64,000 nt of DNA from Lentisphaeria bacterium (GCA_015486135.1 WFSE01000116.1:772-64771); one strand, 5' to 3'. Positions 9,253 through 18,900 are shown, counted from the stretch's first letter. The notes: generated by a model not told the origin, from the letters alone. Numbers and translations are program-made.

Positions 9253-9759
9253 TTAAATTTTCTTCAGTCCTCTTTTAGCCGCGATTTCCTCACGCGACCT
9301 CAACGACGCTATCGCTTTCATGGTGGCCCGGACTACGTTGACCGGGTTGTTGGAGCCTAGGGATTTAGCCAATACGTCATTGACTCCCGCCAAATCCAGA
9401 ACCGCTCGCATCGCGCCGCCAGCGATAAGGCCAGTTCCCTTGGAAGCGGGACGTATAAGCACCTTCCCGCTACGGAATTTCGAGACTATCGGATGGGGAA
9501 TGGTCGTTCCATGCATCGGGACCCGGACCATCTCGCGCTTGGCGATTTCCGTCCCCTTGCCAATAGCGTCAACCACCTCGTTGGCCTTTCCAACACCAAT
9601 TCCAACACGCCCGTTCCTATCTCCCACAGCAACTAAAGCCCTGAAACTGAAATTGCGACCACCCTTTACCACCTTCGAGCACCTGTCGATACTTATAACG
9701 CGCTCGTCAAGCTCGCCGCCTTCGGACTCCCTTTTATTATGTTTGTCAATATCCGCCAT
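9253..9759 (-). CDS. rpsE: 30S ribosomal protein S5
   Basis: [18 protein letters not shown] motif and operon position. Confidence 0.95.
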   Translation of the reverse strand: MADIDKHNKRESEGGELDERVISIDRCSKVVKGGRNFSFRALVAVGDRNGRVGIGVGKANEVVDAIGKGTEIAKREMVRVPMHGTTIPHPIVSKFRSGKVLIRPASKGTGLIAGGAMRAVLDLAGVNDVLAKSLGSNNPVNVVRATMKAIASLRSREEIAAKRGLKKI

Positions 9760-9792
9760 AACTCTCCTCCGCGCGAAGCGCGTCTGGACATC

Positions 9793-10149
9793 CTAGAATT
9801 TCACTCCGCATTCCCTCACGGCATCGGCAAACGCCTTCACCTTGCCATGGAACCGAAACCCCCCGCGGTCGAAAACAACATTTTTTATTTCCGCCTTGGC
9901 CGCCTTTTCCGCCGCCAAAACGCCTAGCTTCTTGACCCCTTCCACGTTGGCCGCCCCATCGAACCCCTTGTCCAGAGTCGATACCGCAGCCAAAGTCCTC
10001 CCAGCCTCGTCGTCGATAAACTGGGCGTAGAAGTGCTTCGACGTGGCGCACACCGCGAGGCGAGGACATTCGGCCGTCCCAGACACCTTGCGCCTCAAAC
10101 GCATATGCCGTCTAATCCGTTTTTCTTTTTTAGTCGTGTATCTAGCCAT
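9793..10149 (-). CDS. rplR: 50S ribosomal protein L18
   Basis: RIRRHMRLRRKVSGTAECPRLAV and VVFDRGGFRFHGKVKAFAD. Confidence 0.9.
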   Translation of the reverse strand: MARYTTKKEKRIRRHMRLRRKVSGTAECPRLAVCATSKHFYAQFIDDEAGRTLAAVSTLDKGFDGAANVEGVKKLGVLAAEKAAKAEIKNVVFDRGGFRFHGKVKAFADAVRECGVKF

Positions 10150-10171
10150 TGCGACAACTCCGATACCGTGG

Positions 10172-10708
10172 TCACCCCACGGTCTTACCTTCTTTCATTA
10201 TAATCTGTTCGCCCTTGTATCGGACACCCTTGCCTTTGTAGGGTTCCGGCTTGCGGAACCGTCTTATAGTGGCGGCAACCTCGCCTACCAGCTGCTTGTC
10301 CGACCCTTCGACGGTAATCTGGGTGTTGTTCGTAACCGTAACGGTAATCCCATCAGGGATATCGTACTCTATGGGATGGGAATACCCCAACGCCATATTC
10401 AATTTGCTTCCAGCGACCTGGGCCCGGTAGCCCACACCAATAATCTCCAGCCCCTTCTTAAAGCCCTCGGTTACTCCCACAACCATACCCGCCACCAAAC
10501 TTCTAGCGAGCCCATGCATAGCACGCGCTCTCTTCGAATCGTCCGTGCGGATCATGGTAATCATGTCCCCGTCGATAGCCATCTCCACTAGTGGCGGCAA
10601 CGCCTTGGTCAGTTTGGCCTTGGGGCCCTCGACCACGACATCGCCATCCACGAGTGCGACCTTAACTCCGGCCGGCAATTTGATTGGTTGTTTTCCTATC
10701 CGCGACAT
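10172..10708 (-). CDS. rplF: 50S ribosomal protein L6
   Basis: MSRIGKQPIKLPAGVKV. The ATG at 10708 is preceded by GGAGAGG. Confidence 0.9.
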   Translation of the reverse strand: MSRIGKQPIKLPAGVKVALVDGDVVVEGPKAKLTKALPPLVEMAIDGDMITMIRTDDSKRARAMHGLARSLVAGMVVGVTEGFKKGLEIIGVGYRAQVAGSKLNMALGYSHPIEYDIPDGITVTVTNNTQITVEGSDKQLVGEVAATIRRFRKPEPYKGKGVRYKGEQIIMKEGKTVG

Positions 10709-10745
10709 CGCGCCTCTCCAAAAACTCCGATAGACGGAGGTAAAA

Positions 10746-11141
10746 TTACCACACGTAACAAAGCACCTCGCCACCAACGTTCTCCGCTTTGGCAACGCGC
10801 CCACTAATAACTCCCTTGGGCGTGGAAAGTATAGCAATTCCAAGCCCATTCCTGACATTCGGGATGTCGGAAGATCCACAGTAAACCCTCCTGGAGGGCT
10901 TGCTTACCCGCTGAATCCCCTCGATAACCGACACGCCACTGCGATATTTCAGTCGCAGGCGCAACATTCTGTCGACACCCTCGCCTTCTTTAGCAACATC
11001 ATCGATGTAGCCTTCCGACTTCAACACCTCAGCTATGGCCGTCTTCATCTTCGACTCCGGTACAAGCACATCCTGCTTTACCGCCATGCCGGCGTTTCTA
11101 AGCCTTGTCAACATATCCGCAACGGGATCCTGCATACTCAT
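10746..11141 (-). CDS. rpsH: 30S ribosomal protein S8
   Basis: [17 protein letters not shown]. Preceded by a GGAGA RBS. Confidence 0.9.
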   Translation of the reverse strand: MSMQDPVADMLTRLRNAGMAVKQDVLVPESKMKTAIAEVLKSEGYIDDVAKEGEGVDRMLRLRLKYRSGVSVIEGIQRVSKPSRRVYCGSSDIPNVRNGLGIAILSTPKGVISGRVAKAENVGGEVLCYVW

Positions 11142-11179
11142 CGCATGTATCTCCAATATCTCCTGTCAATTCCAGTAAA

Positions 11180-11365
11180 TCACCAACTGGCTTTGGTAAC
11201 TCCCGGAATACGGCCACTGACCGCCAACTCCCGGAAGCATATACGGCAGAGCTTATACTTCCTGATATAGGCGCGCGCCCTGCCGCAACGCTCGCAGCGA
11301 CTATATGCGCGAACTGCGAATTTCGGCTTCATCTTTGCCTTGTTAACCAAACATTTCTTCGCCAT
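11180..11365 (-). CDS. rpsN: 30S ribosomal protein S14, short zinc-binding type
   Basis: 61 aa with CERC...CRIC cysteine pairs. Confidence 0.9.
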   Translation of the reverse strand: MAKKCLVNKAKMKPKFAVRAYSRCERCGRARAYIRKYKLCRICFRELAVSGRIPGVTKASW

Positions 11366-11391
11366 TTGGCAACTCCCTCAAAAAACCACGC

Positions 11392-11928
11392 CTACTCGGC
11401 AAAAGGCATATCCATCTCTTTAAAAAGATCGAACGCCTCCTCGTCCGTATTGGCCGTGGTGACCATCGATATATTTATACCTATCTGGTGCTTGACCTTG
11501 TCAAGATCAATCTCCGTAAACACCGAGACATCCTCCAAACCCATATTGTAATTCCCCGACCCGTCAAAACCTTTCGGGGAAACGCCGCGGAAGTCCCTAA
11601 CCCTTGGAAGGGCGTTGTGGACCAACCGGTCGTAAAACTCGTACATCCTAGAGCCACGCAACGTCACCATCACTCCAACAGGCATGCCCTGGCGGAGCTT
11701 GAAGTTCGCCACGTTTTTTTTGGCGTTAACCAATACGGGCATCTGCCCGGTAATGGCGGCTATTTGGACCTTGGCGTCGTCGAACGTATCGCGCTCCCTG
11801 CTTGTGGAAATCCCGGTGCTCACAACAATCTTCATCAACTTCGGTGCTTGAAGACGGTTGCGATAACCTCTCTTCTCCATCAAAACAGGCAACACGCTCT
11901 CGCGATATGTTTTCAGCATGTCAGGCAT
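11392..11928 (-). CDS. rplE: 50S ribosomal protein L5
   Basis: Conserved L5 sequence ([16 protein letters not shown]) and operon position. Confidence 0.95.
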   Translation of the reverse strand: MPDMLKTYRESVLPVLMEKRGYRNRLQAPKLMKIVVSTGISTSRERDTFDDAKVQIAAITGQMPVLVNAKKNVANFKLRQGMPVGVMVTLRGSRMYEFYDRLVHNALPRVRDFRGVSPKGFDGSGNYNMGLEDVSVFTEIDLDKVKHQIGINISMVTTANTDEEAFDLFKEMDMPFAE

Positions 11929-12232
11929 TTTTCTCTACTTTTCCCTTGTCTTCTTTCTTGGTGTCGACCCTCTTTTTCGAAGCCACCGTATTGGCGACGG
12001 CCTCCACCTTTTTGACGTTGGACACATGAACACTAACCGGACGCTCGACCATGCCACCGTTGGGATTCTTGCGCGTCTTTCGCAAGGTCCTCATCCGACC
12101 GGAGGACACACCCTCGAGAACCACCCTGGACTTGGCGGGCAAGACAGCGACTATCTTCGCCTCGCGTCCCTTGAACTCACCCGTTATCACTTTCACGGTA
12201 TCGCCTTTTCTCACGTGGAACTTACGCATCAC
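11921..12232 (-). CDS. rplX: 50S ribosomal protein L24
   Basis: [19 protein letters not shown] (KOW motif). Overlaps rplE by 8 nt. Confidence 0.9.
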   Translation of the reverse strand: MMRKFHVRKGDTVKVITGEFKGREAKIVAVLPAKSRVVLEGVSSGRMRTLRKTRKNPNGGMVERPVSVHVSNVKKVEAVANTVASKKRVDTKKEDKGKVEKNA

Positions 12233-12594
12233 AACACCTCCGGAGCAAGCGAAATGATCTTCATGAAATTCTTGTCCCGCAACTCTCTGGCCACAGGACC
12301 AAAAATACGCCCGCCACGCGGATTGTTCTGAGCGTCTATTATCACGGCCGCATTGTCATCGAAACGAAGGTAGGAACCGTCCGCCCTACGAATCGGATGG
12401 GCCGTCCGCACTACAACCGCCTTGACGACCTCGCCTTTCTTGACGGTGCCACCCGGAATCGCCTCTTTAACGGTAGCGGTTATGACATCGCCCACACCAG
12501 CGTATTTGCGCCTCTGGCCGAGAACAGTTATGGCCATGACACTCTTAGCGCCGGAATTGTCGGCGACAACCAGTCTGGTCTGCATTTGAATCAT
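12229..12594 (-). CDS. rplN: 50S ribosomal protein L14
   Basis: [21 protein letters not shown] overlaps with both neighbours. Confidence 0.95.
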   Translation of the reverse strand: MIQMQTRLVVADNSGAKSVMAITVLGQRRKYAGVGDVITATVKEAIPGGTVKKGEVVKAVVVRTAHPIRRADGSYLRFDDNAAVIIDAQNNPRGGRIFGPVARELRDKNFMKIISLAPEVL

Positions 12595-12884
12595 TTCGTC
12601 TTGGCCCCTCCCGGCGCCTTGGCCACCACCTCGGCCAACCGCCAACGTTTAGTCTTGCTTACTGGCCTGGTCTCCACGATTCTCACTTTGTCCCCCACAC
12701 CCGCTTCATCAGAAGGGTCGTGGACGGCGTACTTCTTACTGGTTTTTACGACCTTGCCATACAACGGATGGGCGGCGCGACGCTCAACCAGGACGGAAAT
12801 CGTTTTCTCCGCCCCGGCACCGACCACAATCCCGACGCGTTCCTTGCGGTGACCACGTCCCTTTTTGTCCGATATTTCCGCCAT
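12591..12884 (-). CDS. rpsQ: 30S ribosomal protein S17
   Basis: [27 protein letters not shown]. Start chosen at MAEIS (ATG 12882-12884). Confidence 0.85.
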   Translation of the reverse strand: MAEISDKKGRGHRKERVGIVVGAGAEKTISVLVERRAAHPLYGKVVKTSKKYAVHDPSDEAGVGDKVRIVETRPVSKTKRWRLAEVVAKAPGGAKTK

Positions 12885-12910
12885 TTTTCTGTTCCCGTGC
12901 ATTTAAAACG

Positions 12911-13114
12911 TCACGACACCGCCGCTTTGGTGCGCCGCGCATTCAGTTCCGTTTTCAATCTAGCAATGTCCCGCCGCAACCGCCTGAAATCGGCGGTATT
13001 CTGTAATTCTCCCGAGCGAAACATGCACTTCAGGTCATAACGCTTACGGACCAACTCCGCAACTTTCGCGTCCAACTCCTCGTCGGTCAATTCCCTAACC
13101 TCGTTATTCTTCAT
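12911..13114 (-). CDS. rpmC: 50S ribosomal protein L29
   Basis: MKNNEVRELTDEELDAKVAELVRKRYDL. Preceded by a GGAG RBS. Confidence 0.85.
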   Translation of the reverse strand: MKNNEVRELTDEELDAKVAELVRKRYDLKCMFRSGELQNTADFRRLRRDIARLKTELNARRTKAAVS

Positions 13115-13133
13115 ATCGCTAGCACTCCAACCG

Positions 13134-13547
13134 TCACGATTCACGCGACAGGAATTTGCAACGCAACGGCAGTTTCGCCGCGGCGAGCGCCATTGCCTCG
13201 CGAGCCACGCTCTCCGAACATCCACTAGCCTCGAACATCACTCGTCCAGGTTTGACCTTGGCGACCCAACCCTCAGTGTTGCCCTTTCCTTTTCCCATAC
13301 GGGTCTCAAGAGGCTTCTTCGTTATAGGCTTGTCCGGAAAAATCCTAATCCAAACCTTTCCACGACGTTTCATATGCCTGGTTATAGCGACACGGGCCGC
13401 CTCGATCTGGTTGTTCGGAATATAGCCTCTCTCCATGGCCTGTAATCCGAAATCACCGAAATCAAGCTTGTTGTTCTTTCTGGCCAGCCCCGCTAGGCTA
13501 CCTCGCTGCACCTTTCGGTGCTTTACCCTTTTTGGCATCAACGCCAT
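13134..13547 (-). CDS. rplP: 50S ribosomal protein L16
   Basis: [16 protein letters not shown]. The start could instead be the Met at 13538. Confidence 0.95.
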   Translation of the reverse strand: MALMPKRVKHRKVQRGSLAGLARKNNKLDFGDFGLQAMERGYIPNNQIEAARVAITRHMKRRGKVWIRIFPDKPITKKPLETRMGKGKGNTEGWVAKVKPGRVMFEASGCSESVAREAMALAAAKLPLRCKFLSRES

Positions 13548-14187
13548 TGTCTCTCTCCTCGAGCGTTTCCTTGTGGCATATCCAAACTTTCACGCCGATT
13601 TTTCCGGCAGGCGTGTTGGCCTCAGCCACTCCATAGTCGATGTTGGCCCTCAACGTGTGAAGCGGCACCCTGCCCGCCTTATATTGCTCCACCCTGGCCA
13701 GCTCCGCCCCGCCCAAACGGCCGGCGCAACGTACCCTTATTCCATCAACCCCCATGTCCATGGAGGCCTGTATCGTCTTCTTCATGGCACGGCGGAAGCC
13801 AATACGCCTCTCCAGCTGCATCGCAACGCTCTCAGCCACAAGCTGGGCATCGGTTTCGGGGGTCTTAACCTCGACGACATCGACGATCACATCCCGGCAG
13901 GAAACGAACCCCGCCACAATCTGGCGCATCCGGTCAAGCTCGGCACCCTTGCGCCCAATCAACATTCCAGGCCTTGCCGTGTGCACTATCGCCTGGACGG
14001 AATTCGTGGCGCGTTTTATCAATATTTTCGATATCGCCGCATTGTAAAACTCTTTTTTCAAGGCGTCGCGGATACGTAGATCCTCGTGCAGCCAGTCTCC
14101 AAACACATTTTTCTTGGCGAACCAGCGCGAATCCCAGTTCTTGTTAACCGCGACCCTGAATCCAATTGGATTGACTTTCTGTCCCAC
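13498..14187 (-). CDS. rpsC: 30S ribosomal protein S3
   Basis: [12 protein letters not shown] and KH domain sequence. The basic C-terminal tail overlaps the rplP start. Confidence 0.95.
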   Translation of the reverse strand: MGQKVNPIGFRVAVNKNWDSRWFAKKNVFGDWLHEDLRIRDALKKEFYNAAISKILIKRATNSVQAIVHTARPGMLIGRKGAELDRMRQIVAGFVSCRDVIVDVVEVKTPETDAQLVAESVAMQLERRIGFRRAMKKTIQASMDMGVDGIRVRCAGRLGGAELARVEQYKAGRVPLHTLRANIDYGVAEANTPAGKIGVKVWICHKETLEERDNGVDAKKGKAPKGAAR

Positions 14188-14218
14188 TATTCCTTCTCCT
14201 TGCGCACGTCCAGCGACA

Positions 14219-14557
14219 TCATCCCTCGCCGTCGGTCAAGATTATTGACAAATGGCTCGTGCGTTTGCGAATCCTTCCCGCCATCCCGCGGGCCTTGGGC
14301 CTGAAACGCTTCAGCGTCGGGCCAGGCCCCACCTGCGCGGACTTGACTACCAACGAGCCCCTATCCATATCAGCGTTGTTCACTGCGTTGGCTATCGCCG
14401 ACTTGAGGGTCTTCTCCCACAACTTGGAAGCTTTTCGGGGCACTAACGCCACTATCGTCAAAGCCTCCTCGACATTCTTCCCAGAAAGCAACCGAGCCAC
14501 ATGGCGGGCCTTTTCGGGCGAAATCCGCGCCCGTCTAGTTTTAGCCACAACTTCCAT
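14219..14557 (-). CDS. rplV: 50S ribosomal protein L22
   Basis: MEVVAKTRRARISPEKARHVARLLSGKNVEEAL. GGAGA lies 7 nt upstream of the ATG at 14557. Confidence 0.9.
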   Translation of the reverse strand: MEVVAKTRRARISPEKARHVARLLSGKNVEEALTIVALVPRKASKLWEKTLKSAIANAVNNADMDRGSLVVKSAQVGPGPTLKRFRPKARGMAGRIRKRTSHLSIILTDGEG

Positions 14558-14587
14558 ACCATCTCCACAAAACCGCATCTGCCACGG

Positions 14588-15382
14588 TTATTTAGACTGC
14601 TTTTTCCCGATCGTCGCCACCATTCCCGGCGCTAAATCGGCCATTTTCCCTTCCACAACGATCGCGGCACACATAAACGGCCGCGTCTCGACCACTTTCA
14701 ATCTTATCTCGTTTTTTTCTCCAACCCACAGGAGCAAGCCGCATCTGACACCGCTCGCAGCCCCGGCGTCCAACGCCACGGCCTGGCTCTTGTCGTCAAC
14801 CGCAATTATCCTGCAGCCTTTGAACCGACCCGCCGATTTCGGCGGTTTCGATATGCGGGCATGAAACTCGCGCAATGCGGCCCGCATGGCATCGAGCCGC
14901 AATTTCGCCCGCGCCTTATCAATATCGGAGAGATGCTCTTTTTCCAGGACTCCACCCATAAACGTGCAGAAATCCGTTGCCGTCGACACGAGCTTTCCTC
15001 CCGCGTTCGACAAGCCCAAAAGCGTCTCTATCAATCTGACACCCTCTTTGTCGAAAGCCCTCTTCGAGCCATCCGCCAAGGACGCCGCCATACTCACCCG
15101 CAAGCGAACCACCTCATCATCGAGCGCTTTGGCGTTAGCCGCGACACGCTCGAGCTCCTTGCGGAGGAAAGACAACTCCTCGCAGGTCATCTGCAACTCC
15201 GCCTTGAGCCGCCTGATTCGCTCGTCCGATGTCTCAACACCACTGCTCTTCTTGGTGTCGTCTTTACCGGACTTGGCAATCTCCGCCTTCGGAGACACCG
15301 CATCTTCACCAGCCGATATGCGACAAGGCAAAGAGCCCATAAGAATAACCAACACCACGCGAACTGTCCAGTCGCTTTTCAT
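14588..15382 (-). CDS. hypothetical secreted coiled-coil protein with C-terminal beta-rich domain
   Basis: Start taken at MKSDWTVRVVLVILMG (hydrophobic N-terminus). Heptad-like central region RIRRLKAELQMTCEELSFLRKELERV. Sits where rpsS would be expected. Confidence 0.5.
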   Translation of the reverse strand: MKSDWTVRVVLVILMGSLPCRISAGEDAVSPKAEIAKSGKDDTKKSSGVETSDERIRRLKAELQMTCEELSFLRKELERVAANAKALDDEVVRLRVSMAASLADGSKRAFDKEGVRLIETLLGLSNAGGKLVSTATDFCTFMGGVLEKEHLSDIDKARAKLRLDAMRAALREFHARISKPPKSAGRFKGCRIIAVDDKSQAVALDAGAASGVRCGLLLWVGEKNEIRLKVVETRPFMCAAIVVEGKMADLAPGMVATIGKKQSK

Positions 15383-15527
15383 AAAAAAAACGTTTTTTTT
15401 GCTTTCAGCCTCGAATTTCGCCTCTGTTCCAGCCTCGGCAAAACCCGTTCCACCGCTCAGCGGACGCAGACTATAGACCAATTAAGCGGATTAGCAACCA
15501 TAGTCAGCAAAAGAAACCCTGTTTCAC

Positions 15528-15555
15528 TTGAATTTGAGTGCGTTATGGGTATTTT
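15528..15555 (+). promoter_or_regulatory. candidate sigma70-type promoter of htpG
   Basis: TTGAAT (15528-15533), 16-nt spacer, TATTTT (15550-15555), about 80 nt upstream of the htpG ATG. Confidence 0.3.
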
Positions 15556-15635
15556 CCGCGGCATGCGGTGGTCGTTCCGCCAGCGGGCCGCCACGCCCGT
15601 ATACCCTGTTTTCAAAGTTCAAGGAGGAAACAAAC

Positions 15636-17558
15636 ATGTCGGAAAAGAAAAAATTCAAAACCGAGGTGAAGCAGCTCCTCGACCTGGTGGCCAACGCCCT
15701 ATATACAAATAAGGATATATTCCTGCGAGAGTTGGTGGCCAACGCTGCCGACGCTATCGACAAGGCACGCTTCGAGTCGATCACAAACTCAAACCTCGCC
15801 CGCGAATGGGAGATAACCATCGAACCCGACAAAAACAACGGCATCCTGACTATATCCGACAACGGCGCTGGAATGACCAAGGCCGAAGTCATAGCCAACA
15901 TCGGGACTATAGCGAAATCGGGGACTAAAGCCTTTCTGGAGGCCCTCGAGCAAAAGGGCGGCTCCAGAGCTCCGGAGCTCATCGGGCAATTCGGTGTCGG
16001 GTTCTATTCCGCCTTCATGATCGCCGACAAGGTCGTCCTCGAAACCAAGCGTTCCGGGTCGGACGAGCCGGCTCTTAGATGGATCTCGGACGGCGTTTCC
16101 AGCTACACCATCGAAGCGTCCGATCGATCCGAACCTGGAACCAGCGTCTCCCTGCATCTGAAACCGGACGCCACGGGATATCTCGAGGAGTGGCGGATCA
16201 GAGATGTTGTCAAAAAATACTCCGACTTCATCGAGCATCCCGTCAAACTGATATCGAAAAACAAGAAAAACGACGACGAGTCGACTGGCGCCATCGAGAC
16301 AATAAACTCAATGAAAGCGATATGGTTGAGGTCTCCGAAAGATGTCTCGGACGAGGACCACGCCAATTTCATGGCCCACCTCGATCCATTCGGGGGGGAG
16401 CCATTGCTCAAAATACACCTTTCCGCGGAAGGCGCGACTGAGTTCAAGGCGTTGCTCTATGTGCCTTCCAACGCGCCTCTAGACCTCTTCAACGCGGACC
16501 GCAACAAAAAGGGCTTGCATCTTTATATAAGGAGAGTGTTTATCACAGACGAGTGCGAGGAATTGCTTCCACCGTACCTCCGATTTGTCAGGGGCGTGGT
16601 CGATTCCAGCGATCTTCCCCTGAACGTATCCCGGGAAACTCTGCAAGACAACCCCGTGCTCTCCAAAATAAACCGGAACCTCACTCGCAAGGTCCTCGCG
16701 GAACTTGCTAAATTAAAGGAAAACGACAAGGAGAAGTACGCCGCGTTCCACAAGGAGTTCGGCAAAACCCTCAAAGAGGGGCTCCACTTCGATTTCGAAA
16801 ACAGAGACAAGCTGCTAGACCTTATCATGTTCGAAACCCTCAATCGACCTCCGGAGGAAATGGTCACCCTGAAAGAATACGCCGACTCCATGCCCTCCTC
16901 TCAAAAAGCCATATACTATCTCGCTGGAGACAACAGGGAGGAGATGGAAAAATCCCCTAAACTGGAAATTCTCAGGGCCAACGGCAACGATGTCCTCCTG
17001 ATGACCGACCCGATAGACGAGTGGGTAGTACAGGCCGTTCCGGAATACAACGGAACAAGACTGCAAGCGATTGGCGAGGATGGATTGGAGCTTGAAGGCG
17101 ACACTGCGAAAGAGATGGAGGAAAAGGCGGAAAAGGCCGGAAAGGCGCATGGAAAACTGCTGAAAGCGTTGTCTAAATCGCTCAATGGCGAAGTCGCCGA
17201 GGTGCGGTTTTCGCGTCTCCTCGCGGAAAGCGCGTGTTGTCTGGTGCGGAGCCAAAATGAAATGACACCCCGGATGCGAAGGATTTTGGAGGCCATGGGG
17301 CAAACGCCACCGCCGGAATCGAAACCCATACTGGAATTAAACCCCTCCCATCCATTGCTGGAAAAACTCGAATCCCTACCTGAAAAAACGATTGACAAAG
17401 GAGACGGGAAAATTGCGGAAGTGGCGGAATCGCTCTACTACTTGGCGCTCATCGCCGAGGGAAGTCCTCTTCCCGACCCGGCGAAATTCACATCCAACGT
17501 CGCCAGTCTCCTAGCGCGAACACTCGAAGAACCCGACGGCAAAAAGGGCAAAGACTGA
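15636..17558 (+). CDS. htpG: molecular chaperone HtpG (Hsp90)
   Basis: LRELVANAADAIDK and IGQFGVGFYSAFMIADKV motifs. The ATG at 15636 follows AAGGAGG. Confidence 0.95.
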   Translation: MSEKKKFKTEVKQLLDLVANALYTNKDIFLRELVANAADAIDKARFESITNSNLAREWEITIEPDKNNGILTISDNGAGMTKAEVIANIGTIAKSGTKAFLEALEQKGGSRAPELIGQFGVGFYSAFMIADKVVLETKRSGSDEPALRWISDGVSSYTIEASDRSEPGTSVSLHLKPDATGYLEEWRIRDVVKKYSDFIEHPVKLISKNKKNDDESTGAIETINSMKAIWLRSPKDVSDEDHANFMAHLDPFGGEPLLKIHLSAEGATEFKALLYVPSNAPLDLFNADRNKKGLHLYIRRVFITDECEELLPPYLRFVRGVVDSSDLPLNVSRETLQDNPVLSKINRNLTRKVLAELAKLKENDKEKYAAFHKEFGKTLKEGLHFDFENRDKLLDLIMFETLNRPPEEMVTLKEYADSMPSSQKAIYYLAGDNREEMEKSPKLEILRANGNDVLLMTDPIDEWVVQAVPEYNGTRLQAIGEDGLELEGDTAKEMEEKAEKAGKAHGKLLKALSKSLNGEVAEVRFSRLLAESACCLVRSQNEMTPRMRRILEAMGQTPPPESKPILELNPSHPLLEKLESLPEKTIDKGDGKIAEVAESLYYLALIAEGSPLPDPAKFTSNVASLLARTLEEPDGKKGKD

Positions 17559-17670
17559 CTTGGGGGATTGTTGAAAAAATCGAAATCGCTCCGGAACGCG
17601 CCAAAATAGCCTGGAGGCGGGCTCGCACGGCCGCGACAGCCCTCTAACCAGCTATTTTCCCGTATCTGGC

Positions 17671-17698
17671 TTGCGGTATTCTAGTTGGGTGTTATAAT
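17671..17698 (+). promoter_or_regulatory. sigma70-type promoter of rpsB-tsf
   Basis: TTGCGG (17671-17676), 16-nt spacer ending in TGT (extended -10), TATAAT (17693-17698). Confidence 0.6.
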
Positions 17699-17847
17699 AC
17701 GGGCCCTCTTCGCCTCCGGAAATGGCGTGGAGGGCCTGGCGAAAAGCCAGGTTCGCCCTAAAAACAAACAACAAAGGCGTCTTCCCGGATGGTGCGCGCG
17801 CACGCATCCGTCGGCAAAGTCGTCGAAAAGCAGAAGGAGAACTGGCG
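17699..17847 (+). promoter_or_regulatory. structured rpsB 5-prime leader (candidate autoregulatory element)
   Basis: About 150-nt untranslated leader. Complementary segments GGCCCTC/GAGGGCC and hairpin CCTGGC-GAAAA-GCCAGG. Confidence 0.3.
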
Positions 17848-18900
17848 ATGGCCAAGATCGGAGTCAAGGACCTCTTGGAAGCTGGAGTCCATTTCGGACA
17901 CCAGAAAAAACGTTGGAATCCCAAAATGAGGGATTACGTCTACGGCATTAAAAACGGCATCCATATCATCGATCTGACGAAAACCATGCGCCAGCTTGCG
18001 GACTCGTGCAACTTTCTGCAACATGTTGTTCAGGACGGGGGCGAGATCCTTTTCGTCGGCACCAAACGCCAAGCGCAGAGCGTGGTTCAAGACGCCGCTG
18101 CTAAAACGAATATGCATTACGTGAGCGAGCGTTGGCTGGGGGGAACTCTGACCAACAACTCCACGATAAAGAAAAGCATTGGAAAAATGCGGGAAATCGA
18201 CTCCATCCTGGAGTCCGACAAAGCCCAAGGAATGGGCAAAAAAGAGCTGGCGTCCCTCGGTCGCCAGTCCGCCAAACTCCACCGCAACTTGGGCGGCATA
18301 CTCGAAATGAACAAACTTCCCGGCGCCTTGGTGGTGGTGGATATCTGCCATGAGGATATCGCCGTGAAAGAGGCGAGGAAACTCAAAATTCCGATAGTGG
18401 CGATAGTGGATACCAATGCGAACCCGGAACTGGTCGACTATCCTATCCCGGCGAACGACGACGCCATGAAATCGATAGCGGTGATTGTCAACGTTCTGGC
18501 CGACGCCGTGAACGTATCCATGGAACTCTACAAAAAACGCGTCGCCGAAGAGAAAGCCCGCTTGGAGGCCGAAAAAGCCAAGGCGAAAGAGGAAAAGGAA
18601 AAAGCTAGAAAAGCGGCGGAAGCCGAAAAGAAAAAAGCCGCCGCCGCTAAAAAGGCCGATGCCGAAAAGGCTAAAAAAGCCGATGATGGCAAAAAGAAAG
18701 CCGAAAAAAGCGACGAGGTGAAAGAGGAGAAACCCGCGGAAACCGCGCCGGAGAAAACCGAAAAGGCGGAGCCGAAGAAGGCCACCGCCAAGAAAGCGCC
18801 CGCTAAAAAGGCGCCGGCGAAAAAAGCCCCGGCAAAGAAGAAAGACGATGCCGAAACCGCGGAGAAGAAGTCCGAGGAGAAGAAAGAGGAGAGCAAGTGA
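17848..18900 (+). CDS. rpsB: 30S ribosomal protein S2 with long Lys/Ala/Glu-rich C-terminal tail
   Basis: LLEAGVHFGHQKKRWNPKM. The ATG at 17848 follows AAGGAGA. The tail begins near 18531 and includes KKAPAKKAPAKKAPAKKK. Confidence 0.95.
   Translation: MAKIGVKDLLEAGVHFGHQKKRWNPKMRDYVYGIKNGIHIIDLTKTMRQLADSCNFLQHVVQDGGEILFVGTKRQAQSVVQDAAAKTNMHYVSERWLGGTLTNNSTIKKSIGKMREIDSILESDKAQGMGKKELASLGRQSAKLHRNLGGILEMNKLPGALVVVDICHEDIAVKEARKLKIPIVAIVDTNANPELVDYPIPANDDAMKSIAVIVNVLADAVNVSMELYKKRVAEEKARLEAEKAKAKEEKEKARKAAEAEKKKAAAAKKADAEKAKKADDGKKKAEKSDEVKEEKPAETAPEKTEKAEPKKATAKKAPAKKAPAKKAPAKKKDDAETAEKKSEEKKEESK

Noticed and set aside
15383-15400. A8-CG-T8 perfect palindrome as a stand-alone regulatory element
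   Set aside because: It cannot form a hairpin with a loop, and there is only one occurrence. It is noted under the ribosomal-operon finding rather than called as a feature.
15556-15635. htpG 5-prime UTR as an RNA thermometer, or a sigma-32 promoter (CTTGAA at 15527)
   Set aside because: The CTTGAA -35-like hexamer is present, but the expected CCCCAT-type -10 is not (the sequence there is GGGTATTT). I could not support any specific thermometer fold by eye.
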